NCBI GenBank assembly: GCA_964390985.1
Contig: CAYMKM010000001.1
Coordinates: forward strand, 1 to 50,949
From: an uncultured Clostridia bacterium
GTDB taxonomy: Bacteria; Bacillota; Limnochordia; DTU080
Length of the DNA stretch: 50,949 nucleotides
Direction of reading: 5' to 3'
Below, piece by piece: positions 1 to 9,429 of this stretch; position 1 is the first letter of the stretch; every line of letters starts with the position of its first letter. The notes below the pieces were generated by a model that had not been told where the DNA came from, searched no databases, and saw nothing but the letters and a program-made list of their open reading frames with translations. The position numbers and the translations under genes are program-made.

Positions 1-678
1 GAGGATGCAATGCGTTCGTTCGATTTGCGTAATGTACAAGGGCGGATGGCGGCTGCCAAGGCGGTAATACCAATATTACAAAAAATATCCAGCCGCTTAG
101 AACGCGATGTATATATTCAACGTGTAGCTGCTAGGTTAGAACTACCGTTGGAGAGCTTAGCTGCCGAAGTAGCAGAGGCTCGGCATACAAATCGGGAAAT
201 CCGCAATACTAGTAAAGATTTACAAAGTAGACCAAAACGGGTTGTGTTAGGGCCGCGACAATTGGCTGAACGGGAACTGCTGCGCTGTTTGATACAAGAT
301 CGCACAGCAATTCCCCAGGTGGTAGCCCAGTTAGGTGAGGCACCATTTACTAACGAAACATACAATGTCGTATTTAGGGTACTTGCTGCTAACCAGTCTT
401 TGGCCACAGCTTTGGAGAATATGAAGGGCGAAGACGACATAGCAGTCTTAACACAGTTGGTGGAGCAAACTGATAGTCCACTTACCTACCAAGTATGTTT
501 GGATAAGTTGCGTATTGAGCAGCTACGAGAAGAACTAGGGGTTATTGAAGAGGGGTTGGCGACGCTCGTGCACCAAGATCCGACGAGGTATATGTTGCAA
601 TGGCGGCAAAGCCTGCTGGCATTTTGGCGTTGGCGTCGTTTGGCACAACAAGTTACTGATAATGGTAAAGCAGGCTGA
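1..678 (+). CDS. dnaG: DNA primase DnaG, C-terminal part (5' end lies outside the window)
   Basis: The frame is open from base 1, with no stop before the ATG at 10. It lies directly upstream of the primary sigma factor, as in the conserved dnaG-sigA operon. The sequence is helical and resembles the DnaG C-terminal domain. The call rests mainly on synteny. Confidence 0.7.
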   Translation, partial: EDAMRSFDLRNVQGRMAAAKAVIPILQKISSRLERDVYIQRVAARLELPLESLAAEVAEARHTNREIRNTSKDLQSRPKRVVLGPRQLAERELLRCLIQDRTAIPQVVAQLGEAPFTNETYNVVFRVLAANQSLATALENMKGEDDIAVLTQLVEQTDSPLTYQVCLDKLRIEQLREELGVIEEGLATLVHQDPTRYMLQWRQSLLAFWRWRRLAQQVTDNGKAG

Positions 679-695
679 AAGGGAGGGGGGCAAAC

Positions 696-1829
696 ATGGC
701 AAATAGGGATAACTTAGCCGATATTGAAGGTCTGAATGAACTGATTCAGCGCGGCAAGCAAACTGGAGTTCTCACATATCAAGAAATAGTGGACGCGCTG
801 CAAGAGGTTGACCTCACTCCCGAACAGATAGAGGATGTCTACGCTCGCCTAAATAGTCACGGTGTAGATATAACTAAAGACAATGCTAATCAAAATGAAC
901 TACGGAGTAACGCTCAGACTGATGAATCCGTAAACACCGCTAATGGTGGCGAGGCTGATACCGATACCGATACCGATACTGGATCAAGCTTTCCTGAAGG
1001 CGTGGAGCAGGACCATGTTCGCATGTACCTGAAGGAGATAGGTAGAGTACCACTTCTTACAGCTGAAGAAGAGGTAGAGTTGGCTAAACGGATTGAAGAA
1101 GGCGATGAAGAGGCTAAGCGGCGGTTAGCAGAAGCTAATCTGCGGTTAGTTGTGAGCATTGCCAAACGGTATGTAGGTCGTGGTATGCAGTTCCTTGATT
1201 TGATTCAGGAAGGTAACCTGGGCCTGATCAAAGCAGTGGAGAAATTTGATTTTCGCAAAGGATTTAAGTTTAGCACCTATGCTACTTGGTGGATACGCCA
1301 AGCTATCACTAGGGCTATTGCCGATCAAGCACGTACAATTCGCATTCCGGTGCACATGGTGGAAACTATTAACAAGCTAATTAGGGTCTCCAGGCAACTG
1401 TTACAAGAACTAGGCCGCGAACCCACACCGGAAGAGATTGCTGAACAGATGGATCTTCCGGTGGAGCGTGTACGAGAGATCATGAAAATCGCGCAGGAAC
1501 CGGTCTCCTTGGAGACGCCAATTGGCGAGGAAGAAGATAGCCATTTGGGCGATTTTATTGAAGACCAAGAAGCACCTGCTCCTGCTGAAGCAGCCGCCAT
1601 TTATATGCTTAAAGAGCAGCTGGAAGATGTGCTAGATACCTTAACTCCCAGGGAAGAGAAGGTATTACGGCTGCGCTTTGGCTTAGATGACGGGCGTTCT
1701 CGTACTTTGGAAGAAGTAGGGCATGAATTTGGTGTTACCCGCGAACGCATTAGACAAATAGAGGCTAAAGCGTTACGTAAACTGAGGCATCCAAGTCGCA
1801 GCAAGAAACTGAAGGACTTTTTGGAGTAA
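696..1829 (+). CDS. sigA: RNA polymerase primary sigma factor (sigma-70/SigA)
   Basis: Region 2 ([53 protein letters not shown]), region 3 and region 4.2 ([30 protein letters not shown]) are all present. SD GGGAGGGGGG lies upstream. Confidence 0.97.
   Translation: MANRDNLADIEGLNELIQRGKQTGVLTYQEIVDALQEVDLTPEQIEDVYARLNSHGVDITKDNANQNELRSNAQTDESVNTANGGEADTDTDTDTGSSFPEGVEQDHVRMYLKEIGRVPLLTAEEEVELAKRIEEGDEEAKRRLAEANLRLVVSIAKRYVGRGMQFLDLIQEGNLGLIKAVEKFDFRKGFKFSTYATWWIRQAITRAIADQARTIRIPVHMVETINKLIRVSRQLLQELGREPTPEEIAEQMDLPVERVREIMKIAQEPVSLETPIGEEEDSHLGDFIEDQEAPAPAEAAAIYMLKEQLEDVLDTLTPREEKVLRLRFGLDDGRSRTLEEVGHEFGVTRERIRQIEAKALRKLRHPSRSKKLKDFLE
957..980 (+). repeat. In-frame hexanucleotide tandem repeat (GATACC x3 + GATACT) encoding (DT)4 in the acidic N-terminal linker of SigA
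   Basis: Read directly from the sequence: gataccgataccgataccgatact. Confidence 0.9.
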
Positions 1830-1846
1830 TAATAAGAGGTGACTTA

Positions 1847-3382
1847 ATGGAGCGGCTAAAGAGGTTGAGTTCCATTGGTATCGCCTTATCTTCAGAAAGC
1901 AACTTAGAAAAATTACTAGAAATGATTGTGGATGAAGCCCGCAATTTTACCAATGCCGATGCAGGCTCACTTTATTTGCGGCAAGACGATCAGCTGCACT
2001 TTGCTATTGTACATAACAGTACACTAGGTGTCCGTATGGGGGGAGCAAGCGGTCATGAAATAAGCTGGCCCGCCATACCGCTATATGTAGATGGCAAGCC
2101 TAACACGGCTAATGTCTGTGCTTTTGCGGCCATAAATCGGCGCATAGTTAATATTCCTGATGTTTACAACGCCCCTGGCTTTAATTTCGAGGGGACTCGC
2201 ATCTTTGATGCCAGATCGGGTTATCGCTCACAATCGTATCTAACAGTACCCTTGTGTGACCATGAAAACCAGGTGATTGGCGTTTTGCAGCTTATAAACG
2301 CTAAAGATAATGCTGATGTGATACCTTTTGATATTGAACTTGAACCACTGGTAGCCTCTTTGGCATCACAAGCCGCTGTAGCTTTGACTAATGCTAAATT
2401 AATTCGCGATACAAAAGCCCTCTTTGAATCGTTTGTTAAGGTAATGGCTACAGCTATTGACGAACGCTCGCCAAGCACTGCTGGTCATATAAAACGGGTG
2501 ACCGACATTACCCTGGCTTTAGCGCTAGCAGTAAATGAAATAAATGAAGGTAAGTATGCCAACACGTATTTTGACGAAGATCAAATCAACGAAATGCGAA
2601 TTGCCGCCTGGATGCACGATGTTGGTAAAGTTACTACACCTATTCACATAATAGAAAAGCGCATGAAGCTAGAAGCAATATTCGATCGCATAGAAATGGT
2701 GCGTCTGCGAATTGAGTTGTGCAAACAGCAAAAAATTAATGATTACCTAAAAATGTGTTTGCATATATGTAAACCTGGCGATGACGATGTTCAGACCAGC
2801 ATTGCCCAAAGTGAAAAGGATTTAAAAGTAGAACTGGCCCGCCTGGACGATGACATGGCGTTTCTTGTTGAAATGAATAAATCATGCGAATTTGTACCAC
2901 CTCCAAAAATAGATAAGTTGCATGAGATAGCCAGCCGCACCTATTGTTTGCAGGGTGAACCGCAGCCGTTGCTAACAAGCGATGAGCTAGAAAACTTATC
3001 TGTGACTCGGGGTAACGTTACTGGTGAGCAATTAGCCATAATGCGTGAGCATGCGGATGTGACCATAAAGTTATTGCAACAAATACCATTCACCCGTAAA
3101 TTATCCGCTGTATGTGAAATAGCTGGCGGACACCACGAGAAGTTGAATGGCAAGGGGTATCCTCTCCACCTGAAGGCGGAACAAATTCCCATACAGACTC
3201 GCATGATAACCATTGCCGATATATACGAAGCGTTAACAGCTCGTGATCGTTCGTATAAAAAGGAACGCACTCCGCAAGAGGCACTCCGGATCTTAGGTTT
3301 TATGGCCGCTGACGGAGAGATTGACGCCGAATTGTTACGCATCTTTCAAGAAAAAGTTGTACCTAACATCATTTGCTTGTAA
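1847..3382 (+). CDS. GAF domain + HD-GYP domain protein (putative c-di-GMP phosphodiesterase / signalling protein)
   Basis: The N-terminal region is GAF-like (FTNADAGSLYL...VLQLINA). The C-terminal part has HD (AAWMHDVGK) and HHEKLNGKGYP (the HD-GYP signature). It starts 18 nt after the sigA stop. Confidence 0.85.
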   Translation: MERLKRLSSIGIALSSESNLEKLLEMIVDEARNFTNADAGSLYLRQDDQLHFAIVHNSTLGVRMGGASGHEISWPAIPLYVDGKPNTANVCAFAAINRRIVNIPDVYNAPGFNFEGTRIFDARSGYRSQSYLTVPLCDHENQVIGVLQLINAKDNADVIPFDIELEPLVASLASQAAVALTNAKLIRDTKALFESFVKVMATAIDERSPSTAGHIKRVTDITLALALAVNEINEGKYANTYFDEDQINEMRIAAWMHDVGKVTTPIHIIEKRMKLEAIFDRIEMVRLRIELCKQQKINDYLKMCLHICKPGDDDVQTSIAQSEKDLKVELARLDDDMAFLVEMNKSCEFVPPPKIDKLHEIASRTYCLQGEPQPLLTSDELENLSVTRGNVTGEQLAIMREHADVTIKLLQQIPFTRKLSAVCEIAGGHHEKLNGKGYPLHLKAEQIPIQTRMITIADIYEALTARDRSYKKERTPQEALRILGFMAADGEIDAELLRIFQEKVVPNIICL

Positions 3383-3390
3383 TATGCAGG

Positions 3391-3419
3391 TTGCAGCAGT
3401 AATATACCCGTGTTATAAT
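3391..3419 (+). promoter_or_regulatory. Sigma-A type promoter for the tRNA pair
   Basis: TTGCAG (3391-3396), exact 17-nt spacer, then TGtTATAAT (extended -10; TATAAT at 3414-3419). It lies about 20 nt upstream of the first tRNA. Confidence 0.5.
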
Positions 3420-3439
3420 GACTGTTGTGAATTATGGAG

Positions 3440-3515
3440 GGGCCTGTAGCTCAGTGGTTAGAGCGTCCGACTCATAATCGGCCGGTCGCAGGTTCAAATC
3501 CTGCCAGGCCCACCA
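3440..3515 (+). tRNA. tRNA with CAU anticodon; probably tRNA-Ile2 (lysidine), otherwise elongator tRNA-Met
   Basis: A cloverleaf was folded by hand. Acceptor is GGGCCUG/CAGGCCC, T arm is GCAGG-UUCAAAU-CCUGC, anticodon loop is CUCAUAA, and CCA is encoded. It lacks initiator features (1-72 is paired and there is no GGG/CCC anticodon stem). The acceptor stem is Ile-like. Confidence 0.88.
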
Positions 3516-3522
3516 ACCTTTT

Positions 3523-3598
3523 GCCACCATCGTCTAGAGGCCTAGGACGCTGCCCTTTCAAGGCAGTAGCGCGGGTTCGAATCCCGCTGGTGGTACCA
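3523..3598 (+). tRNA. tRNA-Glu (UUC)
   Basis: Acceptor is GCCACCA/UGGUGGU, the D region GUCUAGAGGCCUAGGAC is typical of tRNA-Glu, the anticodon loop is CUUUCAA, the T arm is GCGGG-UUCGAAU-CCCGC, and CCA is encoded. Confidence 0.9.
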
Positions 3599-3603
3599 TT
3601 TGG

Positions 3604-3640
3604 AAGCCTCAAGAGTATACACTCTTGAGGCTTTTATCTT
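3604..3640 (+). terminator. Rho-independent terminator after the tRNA pair
   Basis: Perfect 13-bp stem aagcctcaagagt/actcttgaggctt with a 4-nt loop, followed by a T-rich run. Confidence 0.8.
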
Positions 3641-3710
3641 TAGTAGGGCAGGAGGCGACTTGCTTAAGCACGAAAGTACTAAGTGTTCCAAATAGTGAAG
3701 GAGAACTCAA

Positions 3711-4811
3711 ATGGACTGCCGTGTATGTAATATCATAGAGTGGCTCGAACAACTTGCCCCTGCTAACTGGGCAGAGGGTTGGGATAATGTCGGTCTGCAA
3801 ACCGGTAGTATTCATCAACCAGTGCGCACAGTAATGACATGTCTTACAGTTACCGATGCGGTAGTTGATCAAGCTATAGCTGCTGGTGTCGACTTATTGG
3901 TAGCACATCATCCGCTGATAATGCATCCGTTGAACAATTTGAGTTTACAAAGCGAAACGCGTTTACCTTTGCGTTTAGTGCAAGAAAGCATTGCATCATA
4001 TGTCATCCATACTAACCTCGATGTGGCTCCCCAAGGGGCCGGGCACTGGTTAGGAGAGGCCCTGGGTCTAGATAATATGTCGCTTTTAGTGCCAGTGGAT
4101 GTTGATCATATCTACAAAATAGCGGTATACGTGCCTAATACTCATGTGCAAAAAGTTCATGCCGCTTTGTGCGCAGCCGGGGGCGGTTATATCGGTAATT
4201 ATAGCTGCTGCACATTTGCTAGTTCAGGTCAGGGTACTTTTCGGCCTATGGCCGGGAGTCACCCATACCTGGGCAAAAAAGGCGAGTTGGAGACTGTAGC
4301 TGAAGTAAAGCTAGAGACGGTGGTGCCACGCTCCAAATTAACAGCAGTGATAGAATCTATGAAAGCTGCTCATCCGTATGAAGAAGTGGCGTACGATTGC
4401 TACCGTTTAGAGTTGCCTTCACGCTTGGGTTATGGAAGGGTCGGTAGGCTTCCTGCCAGTATGGATTTAGCGGCATTTCAAAGATTGGTTGAGACTGCTT
4501 TATCTACAGCTAAAGTGCGGTTGGTTGGTAGAGAATGCTCCAAAGTGAGAAAAGTTGCTGTGCTAAATGGCAGCGGAGCTGATTATATCAATACAGCGCA
4601 CGAGTGCGGTGCTGATGTATATGTTACAGGGGATTTGAAGTACCATGATGCGCAAAAAGCAGAGTGTTTAGGTTTATGTGTAATAGATGCTGGTCATTTT
4701 GCCACTGAAATATTAATACCAAATAACTTAGCAGCATACATGCGAAGTGTAGCGGATAAAGAGGATGTATCACTAAAGGTACTGGTTGCTAAAGAACAGG
4801 ATTTACTGTAG
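3711..4811 (+). CDS. Nif3-family dinuclear metal centre protein (YqfO / GTP cyclohydrolase 1 type 2 homolog)
   Basis: Has the N-terminal WDNVGLQ and LLVAHHPLI motifs and the C-terminal DAGHFATE motif with an inserted middle domain. Its position downstream of sigA matches B. subtilis yqfO. Confidence 0.85.
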   Translation: MDCRVCNIIEWLEQLAPANWAEGWDNVGLQTGSIHQPVRTVMTCLTVTDAVVDQAIAAGVDLLVAHHPLIMHPLNNLSLQSETRLPLRLVQESIASYVIHTNLDVAPQGAGHWLGEALGLDNMSLLVPVDVDHIYKIAVYVPNTHVQKVHAALCAAGGGYIGNYSCCTFASSGQGTFRPMAGSHPYLGKKGELETVAEVKLETVVPRSKLTAVIESMKAAHPYEEVAYDCYRLELPSRLGYGRVGRLPASMDLAAFQRLVETALSTAKVRLVGRECSKVRKVAVLNGSGADYINTAHECGADVYVTGDLKYHDAQKAECLGLCVIDAGHFATEILIPNNLAAYMRSVADKEDVSLKVLVAKEQDLL

Positions 4812-4825
4812 GGAGGTGTTACCCT

Positions 4826-5008
4826 ATGCAACGCAAATGTGAGCTATGTGGCAAAGAAATACCATTGGCGCGGCTGGAAGCACTGCCGGAAACAAAACGG
4901 TGCGTTGAGTGTGCTCGCCAAAAGGGATCTGATGTTGTAGCACGCCGCGTTGATACGGGGATGGATATCGACACATATAAGGATTTGTTAGGTGCAACTC
5001 GTAGTTAA
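4826..5008 (+). CDS. TraR/DksA-family C4 zinc-finger protein (small)
   Basis: CELCG...(16 aa)...CVEC four-Cys motif with the LEALPETKRC spacing typical of the family. SD GGGAGG lies upstream. Confidence 0.7.
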   Translation: MQRKCELCGKEIPLARLEALPETKRCVECARQKGSDVVARRVDTGMDIDTYKDLLGATRS

Positions 5009-5094
5009 ATAAAAAGAACGAACAGAAACGAAAATTTATGATGGAGATGGGTGGGGTATGTAACCTATTCTCCCTTTCACATGATGTATTTGCG

Positions 5095-5124
5095 TACACA
5101 GGCTGCTTGCCTGTGTATTTTCTT
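5095..5124 (+). terminator. Rho-independent terminator
   Basis: 9-bp stem tacacaggc/gcctgtgta, loop tgctt, followed by ttttctt. Confidence 0.75.
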
Positions 5125-5255
5125 ACATGTATTTAACAGAAATCTGTTAGCAATGCTCGCTACCAGTTAACTTTATCACTAACAAAAAGAGAAAAAACGG
5201 TAAATAACCTCTCTGCAACTAGCAGGAAAAGCACTAGTGGTTCTAGAAAAGCGGG

Positions 5256-5285
5256 TTTGTGGGGCGAAGTGGGGCAAAGTGGTAG
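5256..5285 (+). promoter_or_regulatory. Candidate MraZ operator: three direct GTGG(G/T) repeats at 10-bp phasing
   Basis: GTGGGG at 5259, GTGGGG at 5269 and GTGGTA at 5279, each preceded by (A/T)A(A/T). The array lies about 45 nt upstream of the mraZ start. Confidence 0.5.
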
Positions 5286-5329
5286 AAAAAGGAGCCATTT
5301 TGGGTAGTGAGTAAAGGAGGTGGGCTACG

Positions 5330-5761
5330 GTGTTCCTTGGTGAGTATGCACATACCATTGATAACAAAGGGCGACTCATCATTCCCTCTCGATTTCGTGA
5401 CGGTTTAGGCGAACGCTTTGTAGTCACCCGCGGCCTTGATCACTGCTTATTTGTTTATCCGAATGACGAATGGCAAAATTTGGCGGATAAATTAAAGAAT
5501 CTACCCCTTACAAAAGGCGATGCCCGTGCTTTCGCTAGGTTTCTTTTTTCCGGTGCCAGCGAATGCGAGCTTGATAAACAAGGACGCATATTGCTAGTTC
5601 CCGGATTACGCCAATATGCACGCATAGACAAAGAGATCATGGTTATTGGCGTATCTAATAGAGTAGAAATTTGGGCTGCTGAGGAGTGGCTTACCTACAG
5701 TGCTACTGCAGAAGCAGCATACGAAGATATTGCCGAGAAAATCGTTGATTTAGGCATATAG
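5330..5761 (+). CDS. mraZ: Transcriptional regulator MraZ
   Basis: MFLGEYAHTIDNKGRLIIPSRFR and a second DKQGRILLVP repeat (two SpoVT/AbrB-like halves). GTG start with SD AAAGGAGG upstream. It heads the dcw cluster. Confidence 0.95.
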   Translation: MFLGEYAHTIDNKGRLIIPSRFRDGLGERFVVTRGLDHCLFVYPNDEWQNLADKLKNLPLTKGDARAFARFLFSGASECELDKQGRILLVPGLRQYARIDKEIMVIGVSNRVEIWAAEEWLTYSATAEAAYEDIAEKIVDLGI

Positions 5762-5790
5762 TTTCTACAAATAATTGAGGAGATAGCTGT

Positions 5791-6726
5791 ATGGAATTTG
5801 CACACATTTCCGTACTGCAAAACGAGGTGATAAAGAGTCTACGTGCCGTTGATGGCGGTGTGTTTCTCGATGCCACTGTAGGAGGTGCTGGTCACTCTAT
5901 TGCTATTTTAGAGGCCAATGCTGCCAACAGTGTTATTGGTATCGACCAAGACGAGACCGCATTGCAGGCGGCAAGAGAACGCCTAGCCCGTTGGCCAAGC
6001 AGGGTGCAGTTGTGCAAAGCCAATTTCGCCCAATTGGAACAAGTGCTAGAGTCATGCGGTGCAAACAAAGTTAATGGAATCTTATTTGATTTAGGGGTAT
6101 CCAGCCCACAGCTAGATCAAGCCGAGCGGGGATTTAGCTACCAACATAATGCACCACTCGATATGCGTATGGATGTAACGCAAGGTAGAAGTGGGGCAGA
6201 TTTGGTTAATTTGGCATCAAGTGAAGAATTGGCCAAGATAATTTACCAATATGGTGAGGAACGCTGGGCGAAACGCATTGCCGCAAATATTATTAGAGTG
6301 CGACAAATACGGGCCATATCCACCACGGGTGAACTGGTAGAGGTTATTAAGGAAGCAATTCCAGCAGCTGCTCGTCGCAGTGGGCCCCATCCAGCTCGAC
6401 GCACGTTTCAGGCACTACGCATTGCGGTTAACAATGAGTTGGAGAATCTGGAAAAAGGATTACAAGCGGCTGTGAACAGTTTGTACCCAGAAGGCCGAAT
6501 AGCAGTTATTACGTTTCATAGCTTGGAAGATCGCATTGTGAAGCACTTTTTTCGTACAGAAGCCGATCCATGCACATGTCCGGTATCATTACCGGTTTGC
6601 GTATGTAACAAGCAGCCCCGTTTAAAATTGATCACACCCCGCGGTATCACGCCATCAGCGGCTGAGCTGGCGAGTAACCCACGTGCCCGCAGCGCACGGT
6701 TACGAGTAGCACAGCGGGTTCTGTGA
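5791..6726 (+). CDS. rsmH: 16S rRNA (cytosine1402-N4)-methyltransferase RsmH
   Basis: HISVL, DATVGGAGHS, DLGVSSPQLD and SLEDRIVK motifs, with the canonical position after mraZ. Confidence 0.95.
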   Translation: MEFAHISVLQNEVIKSLRAVDGGVFLDATVGGAGHSIAILEANAANSVIGIDQDETALQAARERLARWPSRVQLCKANFAQLEQVLESCGANKVNGILFDLGVSSPQLDQAERGFSYQHNAPLDMRMDVTQGRSGADLVNLASSEELAKIIYQYGEERWAKRIAANIIRVRQIRAISTTGELVEVIKEAIPAAARRSGPHPARRTFQALRIAVNNELENLEKGLQAAVNSLYPEGRIAVITFHSLEDRIVKHFFRTEADPCTCPVSLPVCVCNKQPRLKLITPRGITPSAAELASNPRARSARLRVAQRVL

Positions 6727-6746
6727 ATTGAGGTGTATGCATAGCC

Positions 6747-7235
6747 ATGACAGCAGCGAGACAACTGCAAAGAACTGATGTAGCACAACAAGTGGCAACA
6801 ACCATGCCAGTTCACTACCCAGCACGCCGTGCTAAGCGAAAGGTTAACCACCTACCAAGGGCTATCCTGTTAACACTGTTGTCGCTAGGTCTAGCCATGG
6901 GGTATGTAAGCAGTACAGTGCGAGTTATGAATATGACATACACCCTTGCCGACCTTCGTTCAGAGTTAGCTGTTGCACAACGAGAGTATGGTTACCTTTC
7001 TATTGCAGTAGAGAAAGCACGTTCACCGCAGCAAGTAGAGAAATTAGCTCGAGAGCGCTTAGGCATGGTAACTCCGAAGAGCGTTGAATATATAGTACTA
7101 AACGAAACACTTGTAGAGAAAAACGATGCTCCCGATATGCAGCAAACTAAACCCGGTTTAGTGCGTACTGTGGCGGCATGGTTGCAAAAGTATTGGCCAC
7201 ATAAGGCTACTGTGGTGGCAGCTAGCAGACTGTAA
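6747..7235 (+). CDS. ftsL: Cell division protein FtsL-like (septum formation initiator family)
   Basis: A single TM segment (LLTLLSLGLAMGYV) is followed by a coiled-coil-like region. Its position between rsmH and the PBP supports the call. The exact start is uncertain. Confidence 0.6.
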   Translation: MTAARQLQRTDVAQQVATTMPVHYPARRAKRKVNHLPRAILLTLLSLGLAMGYVSSTVRVMNMTYTLADLRSELAVAQREYGYLSIAVEKARSPQQVEKLARERLGMVTPKSVEYIVLNETLVEKNDAPDMQQTKPGLVRTVAAWLQKYWPHKATVVAASRL

Positions 7236-7271
7236 TCGCCCAAATAAGCATCAATAGCGGGAGAGGTACTT

Positions 7272-9374
7272 GTGAGGAAATTTTCGATGGTGACCGTACG
7301 CAAGCGGGTAGTGACTCTTCTGTTATTTTTCAGCGGCGTTTTTGCCTTATTATTCCTGCGGTTATCGTATCTGGAAGTGATCGCTGGGGATCGTCTTTTC
7401 TCTTGGGCTATCGATCAACGGCAAAGCATAATTCCTATTCTGGCTGACCGCGGCGAGATACTCGATCGTAATTTAACTAAGTTGGCAGTGAGCATGAGTA
7501 CAGATGCTGTATTTGCCATACCAGCTGAGGTAAAAGATGTAGAGGATACCGCGGCTAAGCTGGCACCTTTGTTACAGCTGGATAAAGAGTGGTTGCTAGA
7601 TCGCCTACAGAAACGGCAACGGATGGTATGGCTCAAGTTGCGGGTGGATCCGGTAACAGCTCGAGCAGTGCGGGAACTCGAGTTACCGGGCATTGATATT
7701 GTTGTGCGTCCGCAGCGCTTTTACCCGCATGACGAATTAGCTGCGCAACTACTCGGGTTCGCTGGCATAGATAATCAAGGTTTGGAAGGACTTGAAGCCT
7801 ATTACGATCGGTACTTGCGGGGCGTCGATGGCATGCTACTGCAAGAACGCGATGCCACCGGACGTATAATCCCCGGTACGCTGGAGCAACACATACCACC
7901 GCTAAGCGGAAACAGTTTAGTGCTGACTATAGATCACGTTATACAATACATTGCCGAACGAGAGTTGGCCAAAGCGGTGCAAGAGACTAACTCCGAGTTT
8001 GGTATCAGCATATTTGTGCAACCAAAGACGGGCGAAATTTTGGCTATGGCTGTGTATCCTTCGTTTAATCCCAATTATTACAGCAGTTGGACTGCAGATG
8101 TTTGGCGTAATAGGGCTGTTACAGATCAATTTGAACCAGGTTCCACGTTTAAGGTGGTTACCGGGGTTTCTGCGTTGGAAGCAGGAGTAACCCGGTTAGA
8201 TGAAGTGTTTGTTGACCCAATCCATTTATCCAGGTGGGGTGGTCGGGTTAATTGCTGGCGCAGCCAAGGCCATGGTCAGCAAACCCTGGTTGAAGCTACG
8301 GAGAACTCATGTAACCCAATTTTCGCTATATTAGCTGCTGATCGCTTGGGCCCTCAGAAATTTTACCGCTATGCTTCTGCTTTTGGGTTTGGTCAAAAGA
8401 CAGGAATCGATTTGCCCGGTGAGGCAGTTGGTATGTTACCAAAACCTGGTGATACTCGGCATGGCGAATTGTTACAATGGGCAAATATTGGTTTTGGCCA
8501 AGGTGTCGCTGTTACGCCCTTGCAAATGGCTATGATGGTTTCAGCACTAGCCAACGACGGCAAACTGATGCGTCCCCACATTGTAAAAGAGATTCGCGAT
8601 CGCAATGGTAAAATTGTGCAATCGTTCCCACCAGAAGTGGTGCGGCAGGTGATATCTAAGCAGGTTGCTAACGATTTTGCCAAAGTTATGCGTTCGGTTG
8701 TGGTAAACGGTTCTGGTTTGCGCGCAGAAGTGCCGGGTTATCGCGTAGCGGGTAAAACAGGTACTGCTGAAATGCCCTCGCCTTTGGGTGGATACTCCGA
8801 TGATCGGATAGCTTCATTTATCGGCTTTGCGCCTGTGGATGATCCACAGATAGCGGGCGTGGTGATGCTGGTTAAGATTGGTGTACGACCTGCTTATGGT
8901 GGCACATGGGCGGCACCAGTGTTTAGTGCTGTGGTGGGCGATGCCTTGGAATACATGCAAGTGGCACGCAAAGCAGAGGTTTCGTTACCTAACACGAACG
9001 GGCAGGCATATGTGCCCAACGTCCAGAATTTGCCTCGTAGTGAAGCACTTAATGTTCTTGCACAAGCAGGCTTACAAGTTGCATGCACTGGGACTGGCGA
9101 ATATGTTGAGCAACAACTGCCACGGCCAGGCGCTCAGGTTAAAATTGGCAGCACGGTGCAGTTATCGTTTGAAACTGAAGGTGAAGCATGTGATGAAGTA
9201 GTAGTCCCCGATGTAGTGGGACGAACCATGCGCGATGCCGCCGTCAGTTTAGGCCAAGCTGGCTTAGTTATTGTAGTGGAAGGCTCAGGTATAGCTACCC
9301 AACAGCAGCCGGCCGCTGGAACTCATGTAGAGTGTGGCGAGCGGGTAGTGGTAAAATTCACCTTACCCCGGTAG
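7272..9374 (+). CDS. Class B penicillin-binding protein (PBP2B/SpoVD type) with two C-terminal PASTA domains
   Basis: STFK active-site motif (PGSTFKVV), SCN (ENSCNP) and KTGTA. Two PASTA-like repeats sit at the C terminus (VPNVQNLPRSEALNVL..., VPDVVGRTMRDAAVSL...). Confidence 0.9.
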   Translation: MRKFSMVTVRKRVVTLLLFFSGVFALLFLRLSYLEVIAGDRLFSWAIDQRQSIIPILADRGEILDRNLTKLAVSMSTDAVFAIPAEVKDVEDTAAKLAPLLQLDKEWLLDRLQKRQRMVWLKLRVDPVTARAVRELELPGIDIVVRPQRFYPHDELAAQLLGFAGIDNQGLEGLEAYYDRYLRGVDGMLLQERDATGRIIPGTLEQHIPPLSGNSLVLTIDHVIQYIAERELAKAVQETNSEFGISIFVQPKTGEILAMAVYPSFNPNYYSSWTADVWRNRAVTDQFEPGSTFKVVTGVSALEAGVTRLDEVFVDPIHLSRWGGRVNCWRSQGHGQQTLVEATENSCNPIFAILAADRLGPQKFYRYASAFGFGQKTGIDLPGEAVGMLPKPGDTRHGELLQWANIGFGQGVAVTPLQMAMMVSALANDGKLMRPHIVKEIRDRNGKIVQSFPPEVVRQVISKQVANDFAKVMRSVVVNGSGLRAEVPGYRVAGKTGTAEMPSPLGGYSDDRIASFIGFAPVDDPQIAGVVMLVKIGVRPAYGGTWAAPVFSAVVGDALEYMQVARKAEVSLPNTNGQAYVPNVQNLPRSEALNVLAQAGLQVACTGTGEYVEQQLPRPGAQVKIGSTVQLSFETEGEACDEVVVPDVVGRTMRDAAVSLGQAGLVIVVEGSGIATQQQPAAGTHVECGERVVVKFTLPR

Positions 9375-9429
9375 TTCCTTCATGCACGGGGTATGGTAAA
9401 GGTAGGATAATGGTGCGGGGGGAGCATTT

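Noticed and set aside
3434-3628. 64-aa ORF (MEGPVAQWLERPTHNRPVAGSNP...)
   Set aside because: It is simply the translation of the two tRNA genes and the terminator. It has no SD and shows the typical tRNA-derived peptide pattern.
5038-5136. 32-codon ORF in the zinc-finger/mraZ intergenic region
   Set aside because: It has no SD and runs straight through the terminator hairpin at 5095-5124.
5134-5149. 16-bp palindrome TAACAGAAATCTGTTA downstream of the terminator
   Set aside because: It could be an operator in the dcw promoter region. However, it is a single short AT-rich palindrome, with no second copy in the window and no known matching regulator. That is not enough to call it.
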